From a virus (Duplodnaviria > Caudoviricetes), in the IMG/VR virus record IMGVR_UViG_3300031453_000083, positions 1 through 24,401 of that record: DNA of 24,401 bases; one strand, written 5' to 3'. Within the stretch, counting starts at the first letter, position 1, and the number at the start of each line of letters is the position of its first letter. Shown here piece after piece: positions 7,391-15,928 of the stretch. The notes beneath the pieces are model-generated. The model searched no databases. It had not been told where the DNA came from and saw nothing but the letters and a program-made list of their open reading frames with translations. The position numbers were made by a program, and so were the translations under genes.

Positions 7391-9372
7391 GACCGCACCC
7401 AGCGATTGCGAACACCTTGGAGAAGGGGACGTAGCTTTGCGGCGATTGCCGGGCCGATTGCTCCGAGATTAGCGATCCCAAGAGGATGCTGCCCGTCAAC
7501 GCTGTCAGCAGTCGAGAACATTCCATTGGTGTCAATCTTGGTGACCCGCTGGCTACTAACCTGCGCTACGGCCGTGGCGATGTCAGCGGCCTTGCGCTGG
7601 CTGAACGGCACCATGCAAGCGACTTTTGTTACCGCCGGAGTTGCAGCGAGTAACCCGGTCAGAACCGCTTTGTAGTTCGCAATAAAGGTCGTGTCGCCCG
7701 TGCTGGTTCCATCGTTTTCACCATAGGCAACGACAATCAGGTCGGGCGCTGGCGTAAAGCTCCTCGGCTGGCCGGCCCAGAGTTGGTTGTAGCTGGCCGT
7801 CAAACCCGGCACTCCGAGAACACCGGCAGTGCCGATGCCAGTGCCGCCGAAGCCGATGACTGCCACTTCGGCCCCGAGGAGGTCTCGCTGGCGAAAGGCC
7901 CAACCGATCATCGCGTCAGAACCGTCGGTGTCTTGCGAACCGGCCCCGGCACTGCTGACGGTATGATAGCCTTCGGTGATACTGTCGCCGAAGAACCAGA
8001 TCGATTGACCGATCGTGCTGGGAGCAGAAGTCGACTGCCCCGCCGCGAGCGCCAGACTGGTCAGAACGACAGCGGTATTTTGCGGAGACCAGCGCGATCC
8101 GCCCTGGTTAGCTCCGAAATTGAGGAACTCGGACGTGCTCTTTACCATCACCTCCAGGTAGTGGCGTGGCCACAAAGCCGTGCTACTCGGCATGGAAAGC
8201 GGCATAGTTGAAGCTAATGTTACTTGGTTCCACACTACTCCATCGACGCGGTAGTAGAGTTGCGGGAGCGGGGTGCTGTTCGACGACGTGTCGAACGTCA
8301 AGCTACATTGAGAACCCGTGAAGATGGTCCGAAAGTATGCCCCAGCATTGACCGTCTTAGCGGTCCCTGACCCCACGAGCCAAACGCCGGGAGAGTAGAC
8401 AATCCCAGGGTCACTGGGTGCGATCGTCGTCGTAGACGTCGCCGCGATGTAGGTGATGGGAGCAGGGTTGGTCAGCGACCCGGCATTGGTCGTCGAGACC
8501 GTTTTGGCGCCGCCCGATGCGGCGGTGTAGGCGAACGTCGCAGACGGACTTGACCCTGCCGCAAGGGTGATCGACGGCGGAGAAAAGCTACCACCGCCGC
8601 CCGCATCGGAGGGCGTGATCGTGATCGCGGCGGACGTGGCTCCGTTCGCTGTGACGGTGAATATGGGTGAAGGCTGATTGACGGTCCCGCTCGACGGCCC
8701 CGTGAGAGAGTATGCCGTCGCGCTCTGAAGGGTGCTGTCATTGCCATTGCCATCCAACCGCCAGAGAGCCTGGAGGCCGGGCTCGGCACCCGTGTACGCC
8801 GAGGTCGGGACCGTGAACGCAATGGGATACTTGTCCAAGCTCCAAAGCGAGACGTCATCCAGTTCGCCGGTATTGAATTGAAATGTGGCCGCGGTTTCGT
8901 AACCACCATGAGACCGGACGACCAGATAACCGGTCGCATGCCCACTCCCGTCTCCGGCGGTGTCGTAGCGACCGGACGTGCTGCTGATGGATGCAGTCCC
9001 AATCAGCACCCCATCAAGCGTCAGGGTCAGCGTCGTCGTCGAGAGGGACAGAGTCGCGAAATGCCATGTCCCGGTGGAAGGCACGCCACTCGAGTTGACG
9101 CTGACGGCAGCTCCGCCGCCCGATTTCCCGCCGTACTCGCCGTGCAACGTGCCGTTGGCGTTAAAGCCCAGCCAGAAGAGCTGGGTCGCACCTGCCATGA
9201 CCTGAACAGCGGTCGGAACGCTGTTGAGCTTGAACCACAATCCGATCGCCCAAGGCGTTCCGCTGGGAAGCCCGATCGGTGCGACGCCGTAGCCGCCGGA
9301 AAGGGCCGAGACCCCGAACTTCTGGCCAGTCGTATCAAATGATGCGCCCGTTAGGACAAGATTATTTGCCAT
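7387..9372 (-). CDS. LamG/ConA-like lectin plus Ig-like plus SGNH/GDSL esterase (CE2-like) protein (661 aa)
   Basis: LamG motifs WAIGLWFK, TGTWHFATLS..LTLDGVLIG and GELDDVSLW. Complete SGNH blocks: FFGDSITEG, GFGGTG, YGEND and DGQHP. Confidence 0.82.
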   Translation of the reverse strand: MANNLVLTGASFDTTGQKFGVSALSGGYGVAPIGLPSGTPWAIGLWFKLNSVPTAVQVMAGATQLFWLGFNANGTLHGEYGGKSGGGAAVSVNSSGVPSTGTWHFATLSLSTTTLTLTLDGVLIGTASISSTSGRYDTAGDGSGHATGYLVVRSHGGYETAATFQFNTGELDDVSLWSLDKYPIAFTVPTSAYTGAEPGLQALWRLDGNGNDSTLQSATAYSLTGPSSGTVNQPSPIFTVTANGATSAAITITPSDAGGGGSFSPPSITLAAGSSPSATFAYTAASGGAKTVSTTNAGSLTNPAPITYIAATSTTTIAPSDPGIVYSPGVWLVGSGTAKTVNAGAYFRTIFTGSQCSLTFDTSSNSTPLPQLYYRVDGVVWNQVTLASTMPLSMPSSTALWPRHYLEVMVKSTSEFLNFGANQGGSRWSPQNTAVVLTSLALAAGQSTSAPSTIGQSIWFFGDSITEGYHTVSSAGAGSQDTDGSDAMIGWAFRQRDLLGAEVAVIGFGGTGIGTAGVLGVPGLTASYNQLWAGQPRSFTPAPDLIVVAYGENDGTSTGDTTFIANYKAVLTGLLAATPAVTKVACMVPFSQRKAADIATAVAQVSSQRVTKIDTNGMFSTADSVDGQHPLGIANLGAIGPAIAAKLRPLLQGVRNRWVRS

Positions 9373-9375
9373 CGG

Positions 9376-12300
9376 CTAGTAGTTCCCTGAATAGGTCGCA
9401 CCGCCATCTATTGTTCTGACATAGAACTCATTGTATGAGCCGGCGGAAGTATCGACATTCGGCGCCATCCCGCCAGGCCACTTGATGGCTGGCGGTAGAT
9501 TTGCACTGAAGCCGCCCGCACCGCCGCGGATCACGAGCGTGATGGTCTGCAATTCACCCGGCGTTCCGCCAGCGAGCGCAAGGCTACAGTTGGCCGTGAG
9601 GGTGACGTCGTAGGCTCGGTTTCCCGAGGCCGGGAAGGCCAAGGATTGACTTGATCCGCTGGCAGATGCGGTGATGACGGGCACCGGGCTCACACTGGTT
9701 CCCCCAGCAGCGTTGAGCGTCGTCCCTGTTAATGTAAGGCCCGAGCCGATGTTGATTGGTGTCGCGACGCCTCCGGTGCTGGACCCCGCATAGAGCTGGG
9801 TAGCAGACGCGGTGAAGTCTGACACACGGCAATGCTGGTTCCACGTCGTGCCGTTCCAGAACTCGAAACGGCCCAGCGTGGTGTTGAAGCCTAGTCCAAA
9901 CTGGGTTCCGCCGAGCATGGGTCGTGCGCTCGCTGCCCAACTCTGCAGATTGCTTTGAACGAACGTGGCCACCTGACCAGCGCTATATTTTACGTCAGCC
10001 GAGGAGCTTGCCGAATACATGGCGAACTCATCGGCCGGCGCCAGGCTTGTTCCCGCAGCCAAAGCATGTGTGGCGATCGTCACGACCGAAAGCGTGCCGT
10101 CGCTCGTGGTCGTGAGAGTGCTTCCGTCTGGCTTCACCCCGCCGAGTTGGCTCGTGGACGCCACCGGGAGAGTGTAGGTCGAGCCAGCGCCTGTTCCGGG
10201 CAATGTTGCCTCAACAGCCGAGTTGGCGAGCGTCACCCAGCAAGAGGAGCCATTGGCCACACTTGTCGCCCCTAGACCGCTGATACCCGAAAGGACCAGC
10301 GCCGAGCCCGTATGGTTAATGACTTGGCAGCGAAAACCATCTGCGATCGTTCCGTCAACTGTCAGAGACCCAGCTGCAGAGCCGGCGACCACGACCGTCT
10401 TGTCGTTATCCGCTCCCGTCAAAGTGGCAACGGTGGCGTTGGAAGCCAGTGTGATCGTGCGGCTACCGGCCGGCGTCTTCCTAAACAGCATGGAGCGGGC
10501 GGACAGCGTGACGCGATAATCCGTCCCTGCGCGGTTCAGCGTGTCGATGTCCGAAAGCGCCGGGCCGCCGAGGGGTCCCGAGCTTATGTCGGTCAAGGAG
10601 GTAATTGCGAGGCCAGCGACGCTTAGGGTTCCGTCGGTCGCAACCTGAACGGTGTTTCCGTCCGACTTGACTCCGCCCAGCGTCGTTGTGGATGCCGTCG
10701 GCAGGGCATAGCTGTTGCCGGCGGTTGCGGACAGTGTCCCACCGGATAGGGCGAGTCCAGAGCCCAGGCTGATCGCGACAGGAGCACCAGGCGTTCCCGA
10801 ACCGCCGAGAAGTTGACCCGAGGCCGCCGGGATCGCGCTCGTCTGCACCGCACCGATGATGCGGCTGTCGTTTGCGGCAGCAACCATCCCGGCCGCAGTG
10901 CCTACATTCAGAGTTGCGGCAACGCCAAGGCCGAGGTTCGCTCGCGCTGAAACAATGTTGCCTAGGTCGGAAAGATTGCCGGAGACAGCCAGTCGCGACG
11001 GATCGGACCCGTGCACATGGTCTGCGCGGGCGAACGAAGCCGAGACCCCAACCGACGCAGTTCCGTTGACGACGGGGGTAGCCGTCGCAGCTGCCGGAAT
11101 GACTGGGACACCAGTCAGGTCGGAGAAGGACCCGCTCGAAGCAATAGTTGCAAGGCCAAGGTTGGTGCGCGCTGCCGCGCCAACGCCGACGACGCCACTG
11201 ACGTCAGATAAGGTGAGCGTGACGGTGCCGCTGCGGCTGTTGAACGTGCCGACGCCAGACGTTCCAGTCGCACTGATGGTGCCATCTGAAGCGATGGTGA
11301 CGCCAGCCCCCTGTTTGACACCACCGAGGACGGTTGCGCTCGCGGAAGGAAGCGTATACGCGGAAGTCGCAGACAGTGTCGTGCCGGCAAGCGCGAGGCC
11401 GGTGCCGAGCGTGATCGCGACAGCCGAACCCGCCGCGCTTGTCCCGCCCAGCAACTGTCCACTTGCCGCTGGAATGTCGACAGAGCGGACATACTGCACC
11501 CAACCGGAGGGAGTGTATGTCTCCCGTCGTGCCGTATCAGTCGCATAGCCCTCCATTCCGGCGACCGGGGCGGAAGGGCGAGCCGTCGTCGTCCAGCTCG
11601 GCAGGGTCAGCGATCCGGTGAACGCTGGATTGGTGATCGGTGCACGTGTGCTGTCGGTCGGGTGCCGATGATCGTCCCGGGTCGCGTTGACGGAGACACC
11701 GGCACTCGCAACCCCATCCATCGCCGGGCTGCTACTGCCGAGAGTGGCGGCCGCCGGCGCCGGTTGCGGCGCCCACGCAGTCCCACTCCACGTCAGCACC
11801 TGGCCGGCCGTCGCACCATTTTGAGACAGGCTTATGAGTCCGGCAGTCACATTGATCGGCGCCGCTCCGCTGTAAGTCGCGCCAGCCGAGACAGTCGTCG
11901 GCCCCCACGTCGTCCCGGTCCACCCCAGTATCTGACCGATCCCGGCTCCACCTTGAGCGATCGCAGCAGGATTGACACTGGCGATGGAGAGCGTTCCGTC
12001 GGTCGCGACGGACAAGCCGCTTCCCGGCTTGATCGCGCCGACTGACGAAAATGTCGCAGGGGTCGTCGGACCAGCTTGTCCTTGTGCCCCAACTGCCCCT
12101 TGCGCGGCAAGGAGCGACCACGCCGGCGACGCAAACGACCCCGTGCTGACGAGCGAAGTCGTGGCGACAAATGTTTGTCCGCCGTACGTGACCACGTCGT
12201 ACGCTGCGTAGGCTGTGTTGGACTGCCAAGATCCACGGAAGTTGAAGCCTTGGCCAGACTGGCCCTGCGGTCCGGGGTCGCCCTTCGCGCCCTGAGGACC

Positions 12301-12735
12301 GACAGTGCCAGAGCCACCTGAGCCGCCGACGGCCGAGATAACGCCAGTGCTGTCGATCGCGACGCCCGGACCGGCAGAGAACAGCGAGCGCAACGCAGTG
12401 GCCGCCATTCGCTTCGGCATCGCGTTGCTGTTGACGATGACTTCGTCGCCGGCGACCAATATCGGCGAAACCGAGAATTGAAGATGGTCGTCGCCAGCCG
12501 CAACGACAGACCCCGATCGCATCGCCAAACCAAGGCCCAGACCAACTGCCTCAGGTCCCCCAAGACCGGACGAACTACGCCCGAGCAGCGTCCCCTGAGC
12601 CAAAGACACGGCCGGCTGCGTGTTGGCTAACAGGCCGCTCACTGAAACGCTGCGTGTCAGGCCATCCTGACTGATAGGCAAAAGGTCGCCGGCCGTCACG
12701 GCCGTTGCCACAGGCAACTGCTTGATCGTTGGCAT
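9376..12735 (-). CDS. Long mosaic tail fibre (1119 aa) with collagen-like, CBM5/12-like and head-fibre-type repeats
   Basis: GGAG RBS 6 nt before ATG 12735 (alternative ATG 12738). Contains GPQGAKGDPGPQGQSGQG, FRGSWQSNTAYAAYDVVTYGG, four YTLP..LGGVK..DGTLS-type repeats, ARTNLGL repeats, HxH motifs and a C-terminal KWPGG.AP...DGGATY domain. Confidence 0.8.
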   Translation of the reverse strand: MPTIKQLPVATAVTAGDLLPISQDGLTRSVSVSGLLANTQPAVSLAQGTLLGRSSSGLGGPEAVGLGLGLAMRSGSVVAAGDDHLQFSVSPILVAGDEVIVNSNAMPKRMAATALRSLFSAGPGVAIDSTGVISAVGGSGGSGTVGPQGAKGDPGPQGQSGQGFNFRGSWQSNTAYAAYDVVTYGGQTFVATTSLVSTGSFASPAWSLLAAQGAVGAQGQAGPTTPATFSSVGAIKPGSGLSVATDGTLSIASVNPAAIAQGGAGIGQILGWTGTTWGPTTVSAGATYSGAAPINVTAGLISLSQNGATAGQVLTWSGTAWAPQPAPAAATLGSSSPAMDGVASAGVSVNATRDDHRHPTDSTRAPITNPAFTGSLTLPSWTTTARPSAPVAGMEGYATDTARRETYTPSGWVQYVRSVDIPAASGQLLGGTSAAGSAVAITLGTGLALAGTTLSATSAYTLPSASATVLGGVKQGAGVTIASDGTISATGTSGVGTFNSRSGTVTLTLSDVSGVVGVGAAARTNLGLATIASSGSFSDLTGVPVIPAAATATPVVNGTASVGVSASFARADHVHGSDPSRLAVSGNLSDLGNIVSARANLGLGVAATLNVGTAAGMVAAANDSRIIGAVQTSAIPAASGQLLGGSGTPGAPVAISLGSGLALSGGTLSATAGNSYALPTASTTTLGGVKSDGNTVQVATDGTLSVAGLAITSLTDISSGPLGGPALSDIDTLNRAGTDYRVTLSARSMLFRKTPAGSRTITLASNATVATLTGADNDKTVVVAGSAAGSLTVDGTIADGFRCQVINHTGSALVLSGISGLGATSVANGSSCWVTLANSAVEATLPGTGAGSTYTLPVASTSQLGGVKPDGSTLTTTSDGTLSVVTIATHALAAGTSLAPADEFAMYSASSSADVKYSAGQVATFVQSNLQSWAASARPMLGGTQFGLGFNTTLGRFEFWNGTTWNQHCRVSDFTASATQLYAGSSTGGVATPINIGSGLTLTGTTLNAAGGTSVSPVPVITASASGSSQSLAFPASGNRAYDVTLTANCSLALAGGTPGELQTITLVIRGGAGGFSANLPPAIKWPGGMAPNVDTSAGSYNEFYVRTIDGGATYSGNY

Positions 12736-12809
12736 CATCTACTCCAGTGGCTAAAGGCCGCAGGCTGCAACCAACGAGGTCACTGACTCTGCATGTAACA
12801 AGAAAGGTT

Positions 12810-15329
12810 CTAGGCGATCGGCGCCCAGCCTGATCCATTCAACCCCGACCGTTTCAACCAGAGTGTCGTTCCAATACCACCATCTAGGTTGCGATAATCG
12901 GACCCCGGCGGTGCGATGACGCGTCCCTCAGGTGAACCACGCCCGAGGCAACTTAAGAACCCGACTGGCTCCGCATCCGTGCACACCCTCAAGTATCGAC
13001 CCGGCCCAGGATGCAATGACAGCTCACCGCCAAAGCTGGAAACAGATACGCTGCCATCCGATCGGGGGCTGACATAATCAGCCGAAACGCCGCTTGCGGC
13101 GCGCCAACGGCCAGACGTTCCAATCCAAACGACATCAGACCCGGCCGGAACAGTAAAGTCAGTCCCGATCCAATTGACTTGAAGCGGAATACTACCTTCA
13201 CGCCCGAAGCGCATTGGCGCTTCTGACTGTAGACATAGTCTTTTTCCGTTGATAACGGGAAGGCCGACGGAAGCGATTGCGGTTGCCCCTTGACCGTCAC
13301 CCGAAATCGAGACAGTGGCTGGAAAACCGCCGTAACCAGAGCCGCCCGAGGACAGCGCGGCACCGATGATGACACCATCCCGCAAGTAGACTGAGCCTTG
13401 GGCCCCTGCCCCGTTGCCCAGGATTGTAATCGTGGCGCGATTATAGCCACTTCCCCCGTTCACAATTCGGATGAACGTAATCTGATCTGATACAGCAGCC
13501 TGATAGTTACATATTATTCTCATTATTGTGGAAGAGGCTGGCAGAACGGTTGCTTCATCAAATATATCAGGAACGGTAATCGTTGTATTTGTCCCAACAC
13601 TCGTCGTCGCTGCGATGGTGCTTGAGAGCCCATTCCACGAATTACTCCGGACGACTACGCTGTCGGTGTTAGCGAAAAGTGCTCGGGCTGGATCAGCTTG
13701 CACACTGGCAAAGAACGTATTGGCAATGACTGAGACGGCGCGTGGTCCGTTGATGAGATAGATGCCACCGCCATCCGAATCACGGATTGCAATTACGTTC
13801 CCATCTATAATAAGATCTTCGCATGGAAGACCAAAGTTTTCCCCATTGCCATCGGTCTCGACTTGCAAGGCAGTAATTGCGCGTAAGTTTTGGTAAAGAC
13901 GATTGCAGGTGACCAGAACACGCTGTCCGCCACCTGCATTGATGCCGATATCGAAGGACTGGATTGTGTTGCCAGCTATATCACAGTCAACGCAGCCACC
14001 TGCGTCGATCCCATACTGACCGGCTCCACAAATGCTGTTGTTCGCAATCGTTGAGTGACTTGCGTTGACGAGGATCCCAGATGATCCCCTCACCTGACCA
14101 GAGAGGACAACTTGATTGTTGGAAACAGTCAGCCGGTCTCCGGCTGCAGCAATCCCATATGTGAGATTATCAAAGCAGGTGTTGTTGAGAACCGCAACAT
14201 CGCAAGCATCGGGATTGGCTAGTCCCCAACGAGGTGGTTCTGAATTGGTCTCGTTGTAGTTCCCTACAGAAATCCCACGCTGATTCTGCCAAGCCCGACA
14301 GCCAATAATTGAGCTGTTCCGAACGCGCTGCTGGTAGCGTGTGTCATTGTAATCGAGGCAAATCCCATACGCACCATTCTGAGATGCAGAACAACCCTCA
14401 ACAACGGCTCCGCATGCTGCCTGAATCCATAACCCATGAACCGAATTATTCTCGAACGTGCAATTGCGAACCGTGTGCCGGCTCCCAGAGCCGGTCAGTC
14501 CGTCTCGAGCCTGAATCGTCAGACCCGTGCCGAGACTCTGCCCCATTGCGTTCGTGAACGAGCAACCCTCGAAACGCGTCTCGGTGCAGGTTGAAGTAAC
14601 GAGGACACCCCAACTTTCTGCTGCAATCTGGCCGGCGTCGAAGATGACGCCCACAGCCGTAAACTTCGCTCCACTCACGCTGATCCAAGCCCCGCCGGAC
14701 TGTGACCGACGCCGCAACGTCGTCACGCCAGGAATCCCGATCAGGGTAGTCGAAGCCGAGATCGACCATTGGCCATCGACACGATACGTTTTGGCTCCAA
14801 GCCGGACGGGAGAGCCGCTGGACACGGCCCGCGTAAAAGCGAGGCTGTCATCGGTGATGCCGTCCCCGACAGCGCCAAAGGCCTCGACTGTGAGTTCGTC
14901 CCCAAGCCAGTCGCAAAGCTTCCTCGCCTTGCCGAGTGCCGCTCGAGCGATTTGATTGGATACATCGATCCCCGGGGTCGACAGCATTGTGCTGATCGGA
15001 ATCGCGCGATCCTGTCCGCCTTGGCAAATAGGAATTATATCGCTCGGGACTGCCACGCTTGTCGCTGGTAACGCGGCAATACTGTACGGCGACGGGCTTG
15101 ATAGGACGCCATCTGCCAGTCTCAGGCCACCGCCGATGGCGATCTTTTCTGGACTGCCTAAACCCGGACTCCCACGCCCCAGCAGACCCGGCGTGAGTGA
15201 TAAGGCAGACTGTGTTCCAGCGAGGAGCTGGCCTCTAGTGACGCGGCGTGCGCTTCCACCTTGGCTGACGAACATCACGTCGTCATCAGACGCTACGACT
15301 GCAGGCTGCAACTGGTCAATCGTCGGCAT
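12810..15329 (-). CDS. Tailspike / depolymerase, pectate-lyase-3-like right-handed beta-helix (839 aa)
   Basis: VEAFGAVGDGITDDSLAF signature, many Asn/Gly beta-helix rungs, and a C-terminal GSPEG.V.APPGSDY..GG.GTTLWLK.SG...GW tailspike end motif. GGAGG RBS; ATG 15329 overlaps the adaptor stop. Confidence 0.85.
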   Translation of the reverse strand: MPTIDQLQPAVVASDDDVMFVSQGGSARRVTRGQLLAGTQSALSLTPGLLGRGSPGLGSPEKIAIGGGLRLADGVLSSPSPYSIAALPATSVAVPSDIIPICQGGQDRAIPISTMLSTPGIDVSNQIARAALGKARKLCDWLGDELTVEAFGAVGDGITDDSLAFTRAVSSGSPVRLGAKTYRVDGQWSISASTTLIGIPGVTTLRRRSQSGGAWISVSGAKFTAVGVIFDAGQIAAESWGVLVTSTCTETRFEGCSFTNAMGQSLGTGLTIQARDGLTGSGSRHTVRNCTFENNSVHGLWIQAACGAVVEGCSASQNGAYGICLDYNDTRYQQRVRNSSIIGCRAWQNQRGISVGNYNETNSEPPRWGLANPDACDVAVLNNTCFDNLTYGIAAAGDRLTVSNNQVVLSGQVRGSSGILVNASHSTIANNSICGAGQYGIDAGGCVDCDIAGNTIQSFDIGINAGGGQRVLVTCNRLYQNLRAITALQVETDGNGENFGLPCEDLIIDGNVIAIRDSDGGGIYLINGPRAVSVIANTFFASVQADPARALFANTDSVVVRSNSWNGLSSTIAATTSVGTNTTITVPDIFDEATVLPASSTIMRIICNYQAAVSDQITFIRIVNGGSGYNRATITILGNGAGAQGSVYLRDGVIIGAALSSGGSGYGGFPATVSISGDGQGATAIASVGLPVINGKRLCLQSEAPMRFGREGSIPLQVNWIGTDFTVPAGSDVVWIGTSGRWRAASGVSADYVSPRSDGSVSVSSFGGELSLHPGPGRYLRVCTDAEPVGFLSCLGRGSPEGRVIAPPGSDYRNLDGGIGTTLWLKRSGLNGSGWAPIA

Positions 15330-15823
15330 CAAACGCCTCCAGTCCCGAGAACCAGCGCATTGCCATCGGCATCAACTAGCGATGTGCCATCCTCAAGGAT
15401 AAGGATCGCACTACTTCCGCCGGTCGAGACATACGCAACGACAGGGAGTAAAATGGATCGAGTTATGGCGCGACCAGCTTCTGTGCTGATAGTGATTGTG
15501 ACCGTGTAGACGGTATTGACGTGTCCTCCCTGAAGCCAAAGCACAGCTCGAGAGCCGTCTGCGGCTGCTGAAAGAAGTGATAGATCTGACGAGCCCGAAG
15601 GCGTGATTGTGACATCCAGTGTTGAAATCGCATCGCCGTCATTTCCGGAAAGAACTGGGCCGATGTCGAATTGGTAATCTAGCACATCGGCCGGGTCTTT
15701 GGCGGGCCACCTTAAGACGGCCGGTGGTCGCGCCGGAACCCCGCGAGGACCGGGAACGAACCCATCAATGACTTGGAGACGAGATGCACTCGGGCGCCAA
15801 ACATGACTAGCCGTCGTCGCCAT
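15329..15823 (-). CDS. Phage fibre-tail adaptor protein (164 aa)
   Basis: KDPADVLDYQFD...VLWLQGG..NTVYTVTITISTEAGR motif of fibre-tail adaptors. AGGAG RBS. C-terminal ILEDGTSLVDADGNALV motif. Confidence 0.75.
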   Translation of the reverse strand: MATTASHVWRPSASRLQVIDGFVPGPRGVPARPPAVLRWPAKDPADVLDYQFDIGPVLSGNDGDAISTLDVTITPSGSSDLSLLSAAADGSRAVLWLQGGHVNTVYTVTITISTEAGRAITRSILLPVVAYVSTGGSSAILILEDGTSLVDADGNALVLGTGGV

Positions 15824-15928
15824 GAAGCGATCTCCTGCAATTGCAATTTTGACGATAGGAGTGTTAGGTCGGCGCTGCCGAATGAGAGAGGTCGTTTCTC
15901 TGCGACGCGCTCAAGCCGAAATGCGCTC

